In this document: positions 1 to 15,378 of the stretch, piece after piece
How positions within the stretch are numbered: the stretch's first letter is position 1
How the letters are laid out: each line of letters starts with the position of its first letter
Assembly: GCF_009914755.1 (NCBI RefSeq)
Contig: NC_060929.1
From: the human T2T-CHM13v2.0 reference genome, Homo sapiens
Strand: one strand, 5' to 3'
DNA length: 64,000 nucleotides
Translations under genes and position numbers: made by a program
Notes under the pieces: model-generated
What the model saw: only the letters and a program-made list of their open reading frames with translations
What the model was told of the DNA's origin: nothing
Database searches by the model: none

Positions 1-91
1 AGAGTTCATAATCTATACAGGTAAAAGGAAGCCATTGATTGTACGAGGTAGTGTAGTTGAAGATGTCTGCAAACTTTCAAGTGTCAGACAT

Positions 92-106
92 ATGCATAAT
101 TAATGA
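92..106 (+). promoter_or_regulatory. Candidate POU4F (Brn3) binding site
   Basis: ATGCATAATTAATGA matches the in-vitro POU4F consensus ATGCATAATTAATGAG and lies in non-repetitive sequence. Confidence 0.45.
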
Positions 107-514
107 CTGCCAATGTTTTGTGCATTTGCAAGGAATATGACAATTATCATGAATAAAACGAGGGATCCATTCAGCCCCAAATCCTCATTAGTGCTCATAC
201 AGTATGTATAACTTTGCATTCTCATTTATTTGTATTTTCCTCATTTCTAGTCATTTAAAATAATATGTTCATGTAATTGCACAATTCCACAGCTCTACTG
301 AGATGCTGCTGCCGAGTCTGAACCGTTGATTAGTGGGCACTGCCCCCTTGTGATAACTGAAAATGCTGATTGTTCAGCTGATGGAGAAAAACTGAATTTG
401 GTGTTCGGAGGGCAGTTTGTGGTCACAGTGAGTAGCATATAAAAGTAGAGGTTGAGAGAAAGCTAGGGACTGTAATTGAATGGGACATGGATGGAGCTAT
501 TGAAAAATATTTTT

Positions 515-776
515 CCTGTAATCCCAGCACTTTGGGAGGCTGAGGTGGGTGGATCATGAGATCAGGAGATCGAGACCATCCTGGCTAACACGGTCAAACC
601 CCTTCTCTACTAAAAATACAAAAAATTAGCCAGGCATGGTGGCGGGTGCCTGTAGTCCCAGCTACTCGGGAGGCTGAGGCAGGAGAATGGTGTGAACCTG
701 GGAGTGAGCCAAGATAGCGCCACTGCACTCCAGCCTGGGCAGCAGAGCGAGACTCCATCTCAAAAAAAAAAAAAAA
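515..776 (+). mobile_element. Alu (AluY-like), 5'-clipped, with a small right-arm deletion
   Basis: gagatcgagaccatcctggctaacacgg and ggagaatggtgtgaacc; A-tail; TSD gaaaaatattttt. Confidence 0.9.
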
Positions 777-897
777 TGGAAAATATTTTTAATTAGCATA
801 AGCATATTTGAGTATTATAGGCAGAGGAAAATGAACACATAGATAAAAAATGATTCAGGATGTCTGTGAGAGAGGAGGTGTACAACCCTCTCCTAAA

Positions 898-1035
898 TTG
901 TGGTTTCAGAACCAGTGGCGTCCGCACTGCTTGGACACTTGTTAGAAATGCAGAATCCCAGGCCCCACCCAAGACCTCCTGAATCAGAATCTGAATTTCA
1001 CAAAAACTTCAGCCGATTCATCTCCCTGGCAAAGT
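898..1035. mobile_element. MER5-like hAT-Charlie remnant
   Basis: cttgttagaaatgcagaatcccaggccccacccaagacctcctgaatcagaatctg motif. Confidence 0.65.
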
Positions 1036-1398
1036 GTGAGTTTCTCTGGTGCACAGCAGAGCGGAAGTGTTTGGCACATGGACCTTAGACTTATTGGGTT
1101 GGAATCCCAGCTCTGCCACTGACTAGAGTGTGGGAATTTACACACTCTATTTGGGAAGTTACATTTTTGGGCCTCAGTTTCCTCAACTACAAGTGAGGAA
1201 TGATATTAATACATTTCTCATGGGATTCTTGTAAGGCCACCATCACCACTGCCATCACCATCATTGCTAATGTTTAATGAGGGTTTACCACATTTCAGGC
1301 AATGCTGAAGCACCGTTCATGAATTCATTAGTGAGATCACGAAGGATAAACACCTGCCAAATGGTACGCGCTCATCAACTGTTAAAAACTGACATTTT

Positions 1399-2135
1399 TG
1401 AAACAGACAGGAGACAGGCAAATACTGGGTAGAAGAGGGCAGTTCCCTGGCAAACACCTCACTCTCAAGCATGGAAACCTGCAACCTTAATGGGAACAGG
1501 CATTCCTGATTTTGTGCCCAAAAGTTGCCTTTTGGCCTGCCACACCCCACCCCATCCTGTACCCATATAAACCCCAAACTCCAGGCTCCACAAGCAGATG
1601 AGGAGATGAACAGGGGAATGGCAGAACAGCGTGCAAGAGAAAAGAGAAGGAATGTCTGAACACTGAGAGGAGTTTGGCCGGGGACGGTCAGAGAGGAGAT
1701 CAGCCGCTGGATGGCCAAACGTCAGGGGAAGATCATCTTCCCACTCCATCCCCCTTCCAGTTCCCCATCCATCCCAATGAGAGCCACCTTCACCATTCAG
1801 TAAAACTTCCACATTCATCCTGCAAGTCCATGTGCGACCTGATTCTTCCTGGATGCCAGACAAGGACCTGGGTACCAAGAGGCACTGAGCTGTTTAACAC
1901 TTAAGCCGTCCATGGATGGCAAGGCTAAACTGTAACAAAAGCCAGGCCCACTTGGGCTTTGGGAGTTGCAGTCACCCACCCCTAGATGCTACCATGGGGC
2001 CAGAGCCCAGGGGCACTCACTCTGGCTCCTGCACCTGCCGATCTGTGTGCTTCCCCTCCTGTAAGGGATTTGAGCCCACAAGCCACACCCCTGTCACATG
2101 TCCTGCAAGAGGGGTTGGGGAGTTCTCCTGTTTCA
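1399..2135 (+). mobile_element. Solo ERV1 LTR (LTR27-like)
   Basis: TG...CA ends; start acaggagacaggcaaatactgggtagaagagggcagttcc; TATA-like catataaa near 1564; agtaaa near 1799. Confidence 0.75.
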
Positions 2136-2402
2136 CTTTTGGTTATTATAATCACTATAAAGCATGGTGTTTGAGCAAGTATATTGGAATGGACTATCTC
2201 AACTGAAGAACTAAAGACTGTGGCTTTGGCAAGTGGAGGCAGGATATTGAGGCCTGCTGGGAGTAGTAGTTTGGAGGGCTGAATTCTGAACCCCGGACCC
2301 ACTATTTGGATTATTGATTATCGCAGAAAGGATGCTTTCTAATGAAATCAATTTTCAGAGAGCTTGCATAATCTAGAAAAGAACAAGAAAAACTGTTTAA
2401 AA

Positions 2403-3203
<801 letters not shown>

Positions 3204-4043
3204 TTAAAAGATTAAAGCACCCTCATTGTAAGCAAACATATGTGTAGTTGAAGACAAACAATCTATTCTTTTACATTAATTAAATGCTTACTGGGACAGA
3301 CCTCTGCTGGGATTCCAAGTTGTATTTGAGTGAAACAGAATTTCTGGAAGAAGGGTAATTCTCAGTTTTCGTGAATTCAGCTTGTTCTTATCCACTGTGG
3401 GGTTTACCATGCCACCACAGGAGTCTTTGATTAGGGTGCACTTGACAATTGCCTTTCGATTTCCAGTTCAGCTACAGAAAATTTGCTTGGCTTTTTGGTT
3501 TCTTTGGCTATTCCTGCTGCTCGTTGGGAATGTGGTGATTAGCTTGCAGGGTATGATCAAAGCATTGATTAACTTTCGTGTCATGTTTTATCTTCTAGAG
3601 AGAAGACGATGGTAGTGAAAAATAGACCAGAAATCTCTCTCATTGAATATTTGTCTCTCAAAATACAGCTTTCAAAGAGTATTAAGGTGGAGTGGGCTAT
3701 AAAATCTTTGCATGCAGATTGGGAATGCCCTATGAGGTGGTGATTCCTCCCTGCTTGAAGAGTTGTACTTCGCAGTAACTCAGTGACAAAGAGCTTCCTG
3801 TTTTGTTTTGGCCCCTGCAATGACTATTGTGAGCACCATGCTCTGACAAGAAGTTTAACACCACAAGCTTTGGGATGGCTAAATGCAGTGTAGCTCATGA
3901 AAACTTTGGGACCAAATTAATATGCTTTAATTTGGAAAATATGTATTGGGAAATTATTTAATACATAAAATATTTTTGGGAAAGATTAAAGCTTTGTTAT
4001 GTAAATAAAGCAATCCTGAATTCTCACAAATTTAAAGTATAAC

Positions 4044-4421
<378 letters not shown>

Positions 4422-4483
4422 TCAGAAAATCCAAAGTATAATAACAGAGAATTTTTTATTTGATATTTGGTATCCCCATTCAC

Positions 4484-4648
4484 TTTTTTTTTTTTTTTTT
4501 GAGATAGAGTCTCACACTGTTGCCTGGGCTGGACTGTGGAGTGCGATCTTGGCTCACTGCAACTGCCACCTCCCAGGTTCAAGCGATTCTCTTTGCCTCA
4601 ACCTCTCAAGTAGCTGGGATTACAGGTGCTCACCACCAGGCCTGGCTA

Positions 4649-4699
<51 letters not shown>

Positions 4700-4817
4700 A
4701 GTAGAGACGGGGTTTCCCTATGTTAGCCCTGCTGGTCTCAAACTCCTGACCTCATGATCTGCCCGCCTCGGCCTCCCAAAGTGCTGGGATTACAGGCGTG
4801 ACCACTGCACCTGGCCT
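4484..4817 (-). mobile_element. AluS with a (TG)n microsatellite in the linker
   Basis: Poly-T start, both Alu arms, (TG)n at 4652-4696. Confidence 0.92.
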
Positions 4818-4860
4818 CCCCATTCATTTTTAAGTGATGGCCTGTTAAGGTCAAATTTAG

Positions 4861-4891
<31 letters not shown>

Positions 4892-5182
4892 TTTCTTTCT
4901 TTCTGACAGAGTCTTGCTCTGTCACCCAGGCTGGAGTACAGTGGCATGATCTTGGCTCACTGCATCCTCTGCTTCCCGGGTTCAAGTGATTCCTGCCTCA
5001 GCCTCCCGAGTAGCTAGATTTACAGGCATCCACTACCATGCCTGGCTAACTTTTGTATTTTTAGTAGAGACTGGGTTTTGCCATGTTGGCCAGGCTGGTC
5101 TCCCACTCCTGACCTCAAGTGATCCGCCTGCCTCCATCTCCCAAAGTGCTGGGATTACAGGCGTGAGCCACCATACCCGGCC
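4861..5182 (-). mobile_element. AluS with a (CT)n-converted tail
   Basis: Alu consensus on the minus strand, preceded by a tctc repeat. Confidence 0.92.
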
Positions 5183-5600
5183 TAGTTTACATTTCTTGAA
5201 TACATATCATCTTATGCTGGAAGGTCAGGAATATGGATAAAGAGAACTTTGATTTTTAGTGGCTGATCTAGTTGCAGGTGATAACAGGCCTCAATAATTT
5301 GGTAGTTTTCTACAGTTGCACAGATTTGGCCAACAGAGGGCGGCAGAGTCCAGTACCTTGAGAGCACAAATGCTGTGTAACCTGTGTGACTTCCGTGCTT
5401 AGCTGGTGTGGGTGGTGGAGACCTTAGTGAACTGGAGAGGAGATCTCAGATCTTGAGAGGACTGGCTTGCATTTGATTCTAGCTGATAGTTGCCTGTGGA
5501 GAGAAAACCCTAGTGTTGCAGGCTCGGGGCTTATGATTTTTCAAGAGATGAAAACATTCCAGAGTTCTCAGTGAAATTTTCTGATTTAAAAATGTTGCTC

Positions 5601-5805
5601 AGGGAGGGAGAGCATTAGGACAAATACCTAATGCACGCAGGGATTAAAACCTAGATGACAGGTTGATAGGTGCAGCAAACCACCATGGCACATGTATACC
5701 TATGTAACAAACCTGCACGTTCTGCACATGTATCCCAGAACTTAAAATGAAAAAAAAAAAAAAGAAAAATATATATGCATTAAAGAAGATAGATTATTAA
5801 AAAAA
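5601..5805 (+). mobile_element. Short 5'-truncated L1PA 3' end
   Basis: gcattaggacaaatacctaatgc...caaaccaccatggcacatgtatacctatgtaacaaacctgcac; A-tail; TSD aaaaa(t/a)gttgctca. Confidence 0.9.
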
Positions 5806-6567
5806 GTTGCTCAATTTCTTTTAAAGCATTGCTTGGGGAAAAGAAAAATAAAAGCTGCCAGTGGGTTGAATTTGACCTATGGTCTTCCCAGCCCTATAGT
5901 ATCCTAGGAATGTGATTGACAGCCCAGACTTTTTTGTCTCTTTATATAAAAGGACATTTCCATAGCATTTCCTCAAAAGGGAGGAGAGGGGAATACTACA
6001 GAAAACAAAGGTAGAGCTGCTTTAACATTTCAGGGGAAATTCATGCAGTCTCCACTGGGAGGAAAATTTCAAGGTGTTAAGAAATTTTTGGTTTGGAATC
6101 CTGAAGTATAATAGAAGTTGACCTGTTAGACAAGAATTTTCCTCCAAATAATAAATTACTTTTTGAGCATTTATTATAAAACCATCACTTTTCCTACTGC
6201 TGTGGGCAGGACCACACACTCCAGGTTTTGTGGGATTGGTTGACTTTTAAATATTCTGTCATGTTTCCCTGTAACCACTTCCACACTTGTCAGTATGGTT
6301 TCTTGACTTTTGATTTGGGTACTATAGTGACCCTCTGGCTATACTCAGGGTTTGCTTTCAATTCCTGCTGCAGCTGCCTCCTAATAGGCCTATCTGCCTG
6401 GACGCTGGCCTCCCTCAAGATTGTCCTTTCTCACCACACAGAAACCACAGCCATTTTTTCAAAACTCAGATTGGATCAAGTCTTTCCTACTTCAGTGTTC
6501 TTCCCTTTCACTCTTAAAATCCTTCAGTGGCTTCTTATCACACATTAGGTTAAAGATACATAGCTTG

Positions 6568-7235
<668 letters not shown>

Positions 7236-7473
7236 TTAGGTGCCCTCCTCCTCCCAATAGTGCTTTGATTAAGGTTATACAGGCAAAAAGCTTCCAAGGT
7301 ACATGATGAGAAAATTGAGTGAAGATGATGTTGACAAAGGTGTTTTTGAGTTAGGATTATTCTTTATCATTTATTTAGAGCCATGAGGGAAAAGGTAGAG
7401 AATAGTGACAAACCAGGCACTATAAAATTGGAGTTAAATCTGTGCTGATTATCTTATCAACATAAAGTTGAAT

Positions 7474-7772
7474 TTTTTTTTTTTTTTTGAGACAGGCTCT
7501 TGCTCTGTTGCCCAAGCTGGAGTGCAGTGGTGCAATCATGGCTCACTGCAGCCTCGACTTCCTGGGCTCAAGTGAACCTCCCACTTCAGCCTTCTGAGTA
7601 GCTGGTAGTACAGGCATGCACCACCATGCCTGGCTAATTTTTTAATATTTTTGTAGAGACAGAGGTCTCCCTGTGTTGCCCAGGCTGGTTTCAAACACTT
7701 GGGCTCAAGCAATCATCATGCCTTGGCCTCCCAAAGTGTTGGGATTATAGAGATGAGCCACCATGCCCAACC
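7474..7772 (-). mobile_element. AluJ
   Basis: gctcactgcagcctcgacttcctgggctcaag diagnostic; poly-T start. Confidence 0.9.
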
Positions 7773-8089
7773 TAAAGTCAAATTTCTAAGTGCTCTCTTA
7801 AAAAGAGCAAAAACACTTTCCTGTATATTCAGTGGTTGGTTTTGATAGTTACCTTCCAAGGATTGTGGGCCTGCAACTTTGAAACTACTAATATATAAGG
7901 AAAACATCATTTGTTAACATGTTTGTTGAAGGAAATTGCTAAATTTGTGATATTAATCACAGATCTTACGTATTAGCTGACTGATTCTTTCTGTAATAAT
8001 CCAAATAATAAATTCAAAAACAAATTGGAACAAAACCCCAACTTCTCATGAATCTCATATGCACCTTCCTGCTCCTAGTGGTTTAGGTG

Positions 8090-8240
8090 AACACTGTCTT
8101 AGATTACTTTCTGTGATGGCGGAAGTGTCCTGTATTTCCACTGTCTGATTTGAAGTGTGGCTAGTGCAACTGAGGAACTGAATATTTAATTTTATTTAGT
8201 TTTGTTTTAAAGCTATTGGCTACCCTATCAAATAGTACAG
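8090..8240. mobile_element. MER3-like hAT-Charlie remnant
   Basis: actttctgtgatggcggaagtgtcctg...gtggctagtgcaactgaggaactgaat. Confidence 0.6.
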
Positions 8241-8274
8241 GTACAGATTGCCTGGTTGTTAAGAAAGTATCTGA

Positions 8275-8656
<382 letters not shown>

Positions 8657-10309
8657 TTATTTTATCACAGGGTGTGTGTACATGCAGGCCCCACAGCCTG
8701 GAATATGATTTTTTCCCTTCTTCCTCAGAGTAACTTCTCCTTATCCTGCAGATCTTTGTTCAGGCATTGATTCCTCTGGAAAACTTTCCCTGATATTTCA
8801 TGTAAGATCAAATCTCCTATTAACAACACCATGCCTATCTCCTTCACTAGAGCAAATTCATATGTTGGAGGGAATGACGCAATGGAGAAGGAAAGATGGA
8901 TATGCTAGGGTCTTGGCCCCCCATGAGTGGCAGTGGAGTCGGGAAGTACAGAGCGCAGGGGATCCAGATGGCATGGGTGGGAAAAAGACTTCAATGGGGA
9001 GGGTAGTCCTCTCTTGTGATGAGAAAGCAGAGGCAGCAGAAGGTGCAGGTGCAGGGGAGGGTTTTGCATTTGGAGGTGGCGACTGTGGGAGTTGCTGTCT
9101 GGCTCCCGTTTTCTTGATTGAGTTGGGGAACAGGGGTGTGGGGGGATGGTGGCAGTGAGGCCCTCAATTAAAAAGGGGGTTGAGGGTGGAAGGTTTGAGG
9201 AATTGGGACAGATTAAGACCTGGTTGCTCTAAAACAGCAGAATGGCCTTTGAGAGTGGGGATGCTGATTTAAAATGACACCAGCCTGCCTGCTCATGTAG
9301 GGCATCTAGCAAGGTGTGGCTTTACAGGTGTGGGCTTAAAGCAAGGTGATAGTTGGGCTATTCAGGGTTGGGGTTTTGCCAAATCTGGGAACGAATGAGG
9401 ACAGACATGTTAAGAGCAGGAAAGTTTCCTCCCCATTTTTGTCCCATCGTCGATACAGCCGAGGCTTCTTCCTGATCTGAAGTTGGTGAACTTGAGTTGA
9501 GCATGGAGTGAGAATTTTAGTGATGCACCCCACGTCCTTCTACCACTGCTCCATTCACTTCCCATGTCACTGTTATTTGAGGAAATACCCCGAGCAGCAG
9601 AATGTGAAGTGTGCTTTCTTCCTGGGCACGTGGCTGCCATAAGATGGAATTGTACCACATCCCTTGTGACACACAGGGCTACCGAGCATCCTGCTCACCT
9701 CTGTCACTTCTGTACCTCTCCCTCCCACCTTAGAAATACTGATCATGAAAGAGAGACTAGTTCTCTGATGGGAAGGTGATTGAACCTCACTCACCTTTGC
9801 CTTCTGGGGCCTCATGATTCGATGACTACAAAGCCCTGCACATAGCTTGGCTGAGGTTCATTTTTATCAGGAAGGAACCAAGTTTACTGTTTGTGGGATG
9901 GTTTTGGTGGTCAGTCCACAGGTGAAGCGTCTCTGATGGGAGTACCCAGCTGACAGGGTAAGAGTCCCCTGGGGAGGTGGTGGCTAAAATGACCTATCTG
10001 GCCATTTGTGTCTTCTACAAGGTGCAGTGAGGAGCAGTGCTGGAGTCCCTGAGGCCCTGAGCCCCTTCAGCGGCTGCTTTGCCAGCTGTCTCTTTAATTT
10101 AAATGGATATTTCCCTTTTATTTTAAAATCAATTTTAGTTGTGCAAATACATGAATGAATTCTTCTAAAAATTTAAACATGGAGATGGAGCTAAAGCTTG
10201 ATTTTCCTTGGACTGCTCTCTATACTTGCAGTCCTCTCCTCTTGTTCCCAAAGGTAACAACTAATGTTAGTTTAGTGCACGTATGTGCAGACTGTTGGAT
10301 TTGCCTACT

Positions 10310-10755
10310 GTATGATTTAGGATTACGTTCAGCTGCATATGATAGGAAAATCTCTAATAACACTAGCTGAAGTCAGAAGTTTTCTCAGATAAAGTCTGGA
10401 GACAGGCAGTCCAGGGCTGATACGGTGACTCCACGATATTACCAGCAATCTGGGCATCACTCTGCCTTTGTTCACTGTCTCCACCCTCAAGGTCACCTCC
10501 TGGTTCAAAATGGTGATGAAAGCTCCAGTCATTCTATCTGCAACCCAGGGCAGACATAGAAAGAAGGGAGGGAGCCTTATTTGCATTCACTTCTAACTAC
10601 ATCTCACTGACCAGAGTTCAGTCATACAGCCGCATGTGGCTGCAAGAGATGCTGTGAGCTGTTGTCTTTCAGCTGAATTCATTGCTACAACAAATAAAAT
10701 TGTAATTCTATTATTAAATAGCAGAGAGAAGGCAACTAGCAATCTCTGCCATGCA
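10310..10755. mobile_element. Old MaLR LTR (MLT1J-like)
   Basis: ggcagtccagggctg...tctcactgaccagagttcagtcatacagccgcatgtggctgcaagagatgctg. Confidence 0.55.
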
Positions 10756-10923
10756 AATGTGTGTATAAAAGTAATAGCATTAATTTTATACCACACATAT
10801 AATTTGGTAGCTTGTTCTTTCCAGCACAATGTGTTTTAGAGGTCTCGGACTATTAATACACGTAGTTCTACATTTCATTCAGTGTTGCATAGTATTTCGA
10901 TTATAAAAATATAATTTGTTTAG

Positions 10924-11719
<796 letters not shown>

Positions 11720-12720
11720 TCAACTGGCTATAGCGTTTTACACCCGCTCTCTCCCCATCAGTGTATGACAGGTCTGTCTTACTAACTTTGCCTGTACTTA
11801 ATATTACATTACTATGAAGTTTTAAACACTTTATACTGGCTCCAAAGAAACGCCTGCTGAGACATAAGAGTTTGCCACCGGACCCATAAGTTCATTTTTA
11901 ACGTAAAACTTCAAACATCCTGTCTATGAATTAACTTTATCATTAACTTTGCTTCTAATTTAAATGTAACAGTCTATTTTACAGTCACAGCTTGATTATC
12001 ACTGGAACAGGATTTGTGTCCATCAGAGAGAACTGTGTGCTGCGGGCCTATGACTAAGCACTGATATTTACTGAGGGCTTACTGTAGGCCAACACCCTTA
12101 CATGCTATGCTCTTTCCATTGTTATTATTGATCTCCTTAATAACTATGTGCTATTTTCCCCATTCCCAGAGACAGAAACTGACACATGAGAGAGGTTAAG
12201 TAAATTGTCCAGGTTGCACAGGCAGAAAATGGTAGAGCTGGGATTCAGACGCAGCTAACCAAGGTCTCTTTACCACTCTGAAATACTGTATCTGCCTATA
12301 GTATTTCAATGTGAGACACACAAACCATTACTGAGTCTCTCCACATGCAAAGAATGCTAATGACTAGCTGTGTGTATGCTGAGAATAGGGAGGGGGACAA
12401 AGGGACAAACAAAGGAGGTGAAGATCTTAGCGTGGCCCAGTGATTGCCTTCCAGGTCTAACTCCTCTCTGGTGAGAGAGTGTGCATGACTCGCTCTGTAC
12501 TGGCTGTAACATCTTCTACCAATAATGACCTTCCATGTTGTAATGAAAACTATGTGTAATGGGAATTCCTGGGGTGAAAGGATCCTCTTGCATGGAATGA
12601 AGTAGGTTGGGTCAATTTATGGGGAAGCCACCATCTGCAAAAGCCTTCTAACTCAGCTCCCTCCTTTCACTTTTGTTCTACTTGACAGCCAGAGTGATCT
12701 TCAGAAACTAATGTCCCTAA

Positions 12721-13025
<305 letters not shown>

Positions 13026-13726
13026 ATGTCCCTAAGTTCTAATGACGCTCACCCTCTCGCTGGAATATGCTGGTACTTTTTCCCACTTTAGAGTCTTTGC
13101 ATTTGCTCTTTCTCCAGAATGTTCTTCCTGGAGACTTCATGGCAGCCTTCCAGTCACATGCAGGTGCTGGCTTAACTTTTCCCTCAGAGTGGTGGTCCCT
13201 CAAATGTTCCTGTTATTGCAGCTAAAGTCACCCAGCCACTCTTCTGTTGTCCCCTTTTAGTCTCTTCACAGCACGCGCCTAAACGTTCTTGCTTGTTATG
13301 TCCATGTTTCACATGCCTGCTACACCAGGACACGAGCACATGGGCTCCTCTAGGCAGAGCCCTTGTCTTGTTCACGTTGGTGTTCCTGCCCAGGACAGAG
13401 CCTGGCATCAATGCGTGGGGCTCCGGCAGATAAAGGCTTAGTTTACTTGTAAGTTTGTTCCTTAAACTCTGATTGTCATTTACACTGTAAAGGAAAAGTA
13501 ATAATATGTATTATAATAAAGAACTATTAAATGCTAAACATTGTGCTAGCTACTTGACCTATATGATCTTACACAAAGCTCACAATTCCCATTGTGCAGA
13601 TGAAGAAACTGAGGTAATTAGTGTAGTCAGAACTTGAGCCTAGATTGTCCCTCTAAAGCTCTTGTCCTTCTCACTGCCCTAGAATTCAGTGTTGCTAGCA
13701 ATTTTCTACTCCTGGGATGCGATAGA

Positions 13727-13934
13727 GTCGGGTTCTTTAAAGATCCACGGGCAAATAGTTCCCTACATAAAAAATATAGGGGTGGAGTGAGGTAGGGGGT
13801 GGTGTTATCAAGCCAAATGCCTTCAAGAAACCCTGGATGCAGTCTTACCCCACCATTGGTAAAATGAAATGACTCCCTTCTTCTTGGTGTTTGGGTTGTA
13901 GTTAATCTGATATTTATTTCAACCTTTTACAGGA
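13727..13934 (+). repeat. Local direct repeat, copy A
   Basis: Aligns with 14631-14855 at an offset of 904; contains a 47-bp identical core at 13856-13902. Confidence 0.9.
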
Positions 13935-14630
13935 ATAAAAATAAGAAAGCAGTCACACATTTTGTTGGTATCTTTAGAGTGGGCGGCATGGCATCTGCCC
14001 TGCTTGGCTCCTGGCTTACCCTGTTTTGCCACTAAGTACATTTTCCTAGGCCGGCCCCTCTTGGCAGGAGATCACACATGTGTTATGTTGGTGTATTTAA
14101 AAAGTGGGTAATTCATTTGTTAAATGAATACGGCAATTATTAATTTCAATTTATCCTGTTTATTGGGAACAGCTGTTCATTAACATTTATTTAACTGCTA
14201 ATTTTAGAGCCAAACTAATTACCTCAAATACACAGCGCAGTGGTGTCCTGTATAGAGGAGCGCTCGCTCTAACTGCCCTGTGTGCCAGAATAACTAGCTG
14301 GCCCTCGTGGGTGCCGTTCTGCAGGTGACCAGGTGGGGGCTCACCTCAACCGGAGATCGGACTGCAGGCTGCAAACAGGTCCGTGGGGCACAAATCTATC
14401 TACAAAGTATCTTAAGGCCAGAGTGGCAAATTGTCCCCAGGGGCCAGGAAAGTCGTAAAAATGAATGAAATGGGAAGGTGAAAGAACTTGCACCGCCTCA
14501 CAGGTCTATCTTTGTTCTATTACTTTTGATCAGCATAAAGTTATAAGAATCTTTCTTTACAGCAAGAAAGACGATTTCAAGCATGATGATAAATATCATT
14601 GTCCCTAACCCTGAGTTTCCAGAAGACACT

Positions 14631-14855
14631 GTTGGATTCTTTAAAGATCCATGAGCAAATAGTTCTCTAAATAAAAAATATAGGCGTGGAGTAGGGTGGG
14701 GGGTGGTGTCATCAAGCCAAATGCTTCCAATAAACGCTTGGTACAACCTTATGGCACCCTTGGTAAAATGAAATGACTCCCTTCTTCTTGGTGTTTGGGT
14801 TGTAGTCAGTTAGCTGTTTATTTTTTACAGGAGTAGAAATCTACCTTTTACAGGA
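14631..14855 (+). repeat. Local direct repeat, copy B
   Basis: Aligns with 13727-13934; identical core at 14760-14806. Confidence 0.9.
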
Positions 14856-15076
14856 AAATAGGTGGGCACAGTAGCAAACTGGAGAGCACACAGTTGGAAG
14901 GGGGTCTGGGGGGTCAGTTGGGGTCAGGATGGGGGGTAAGGACATGAGGATTGGGAGCTGCCTCTTAGAGGAGTCAGTTGTTGTCAGCTGGGAAGCTGGG
15001 GCCCTTTAATTTTTCAAGGGAAACCAAATACATGGATTTTTATGTGGAATTTCCTAAATTTTAGATATTAGCTCAA

Positions 15077-15378
15077 ATTTTATTTATTTATTTTTTTACA
15101 TAGGGACTTGCTCTGTCACCCAGGTTGGAGTGTAGTGGCATGATCATGGCTTACCTTGACCTTCTGGGCTCATGGGATCCTCCTGCCTCAGCCTCCTGAG
15201 TAGCTGGGATTACAGTTGTGGACCACGACGCCTAATTTATTTATTTATTTATTTATTTTTTGTAAATACAGGATCTTGTTTTGTTGCCCAGGCTGGTCTC
15301 TAACTCCTGGGCTCAAGCAATCCTCTTGCCTCAGTCTCCCAAAGTGCCTGATAATGGGTATGAGCCACCACGCCTGGC
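15077..15378 (-). mobile_element. AluJ
   Basis: Diverged Alu with (ttta)n tracts; TSD ttagctcaaatt. Confidence 0.88.

Noticed and set aside
1317-2302. Cluster of overlapping ORFs of up to 137 aa
   Set aside because: They lie almost entirely within a GC-richer ERV1 solo LTR and resemble no protein I recognise.
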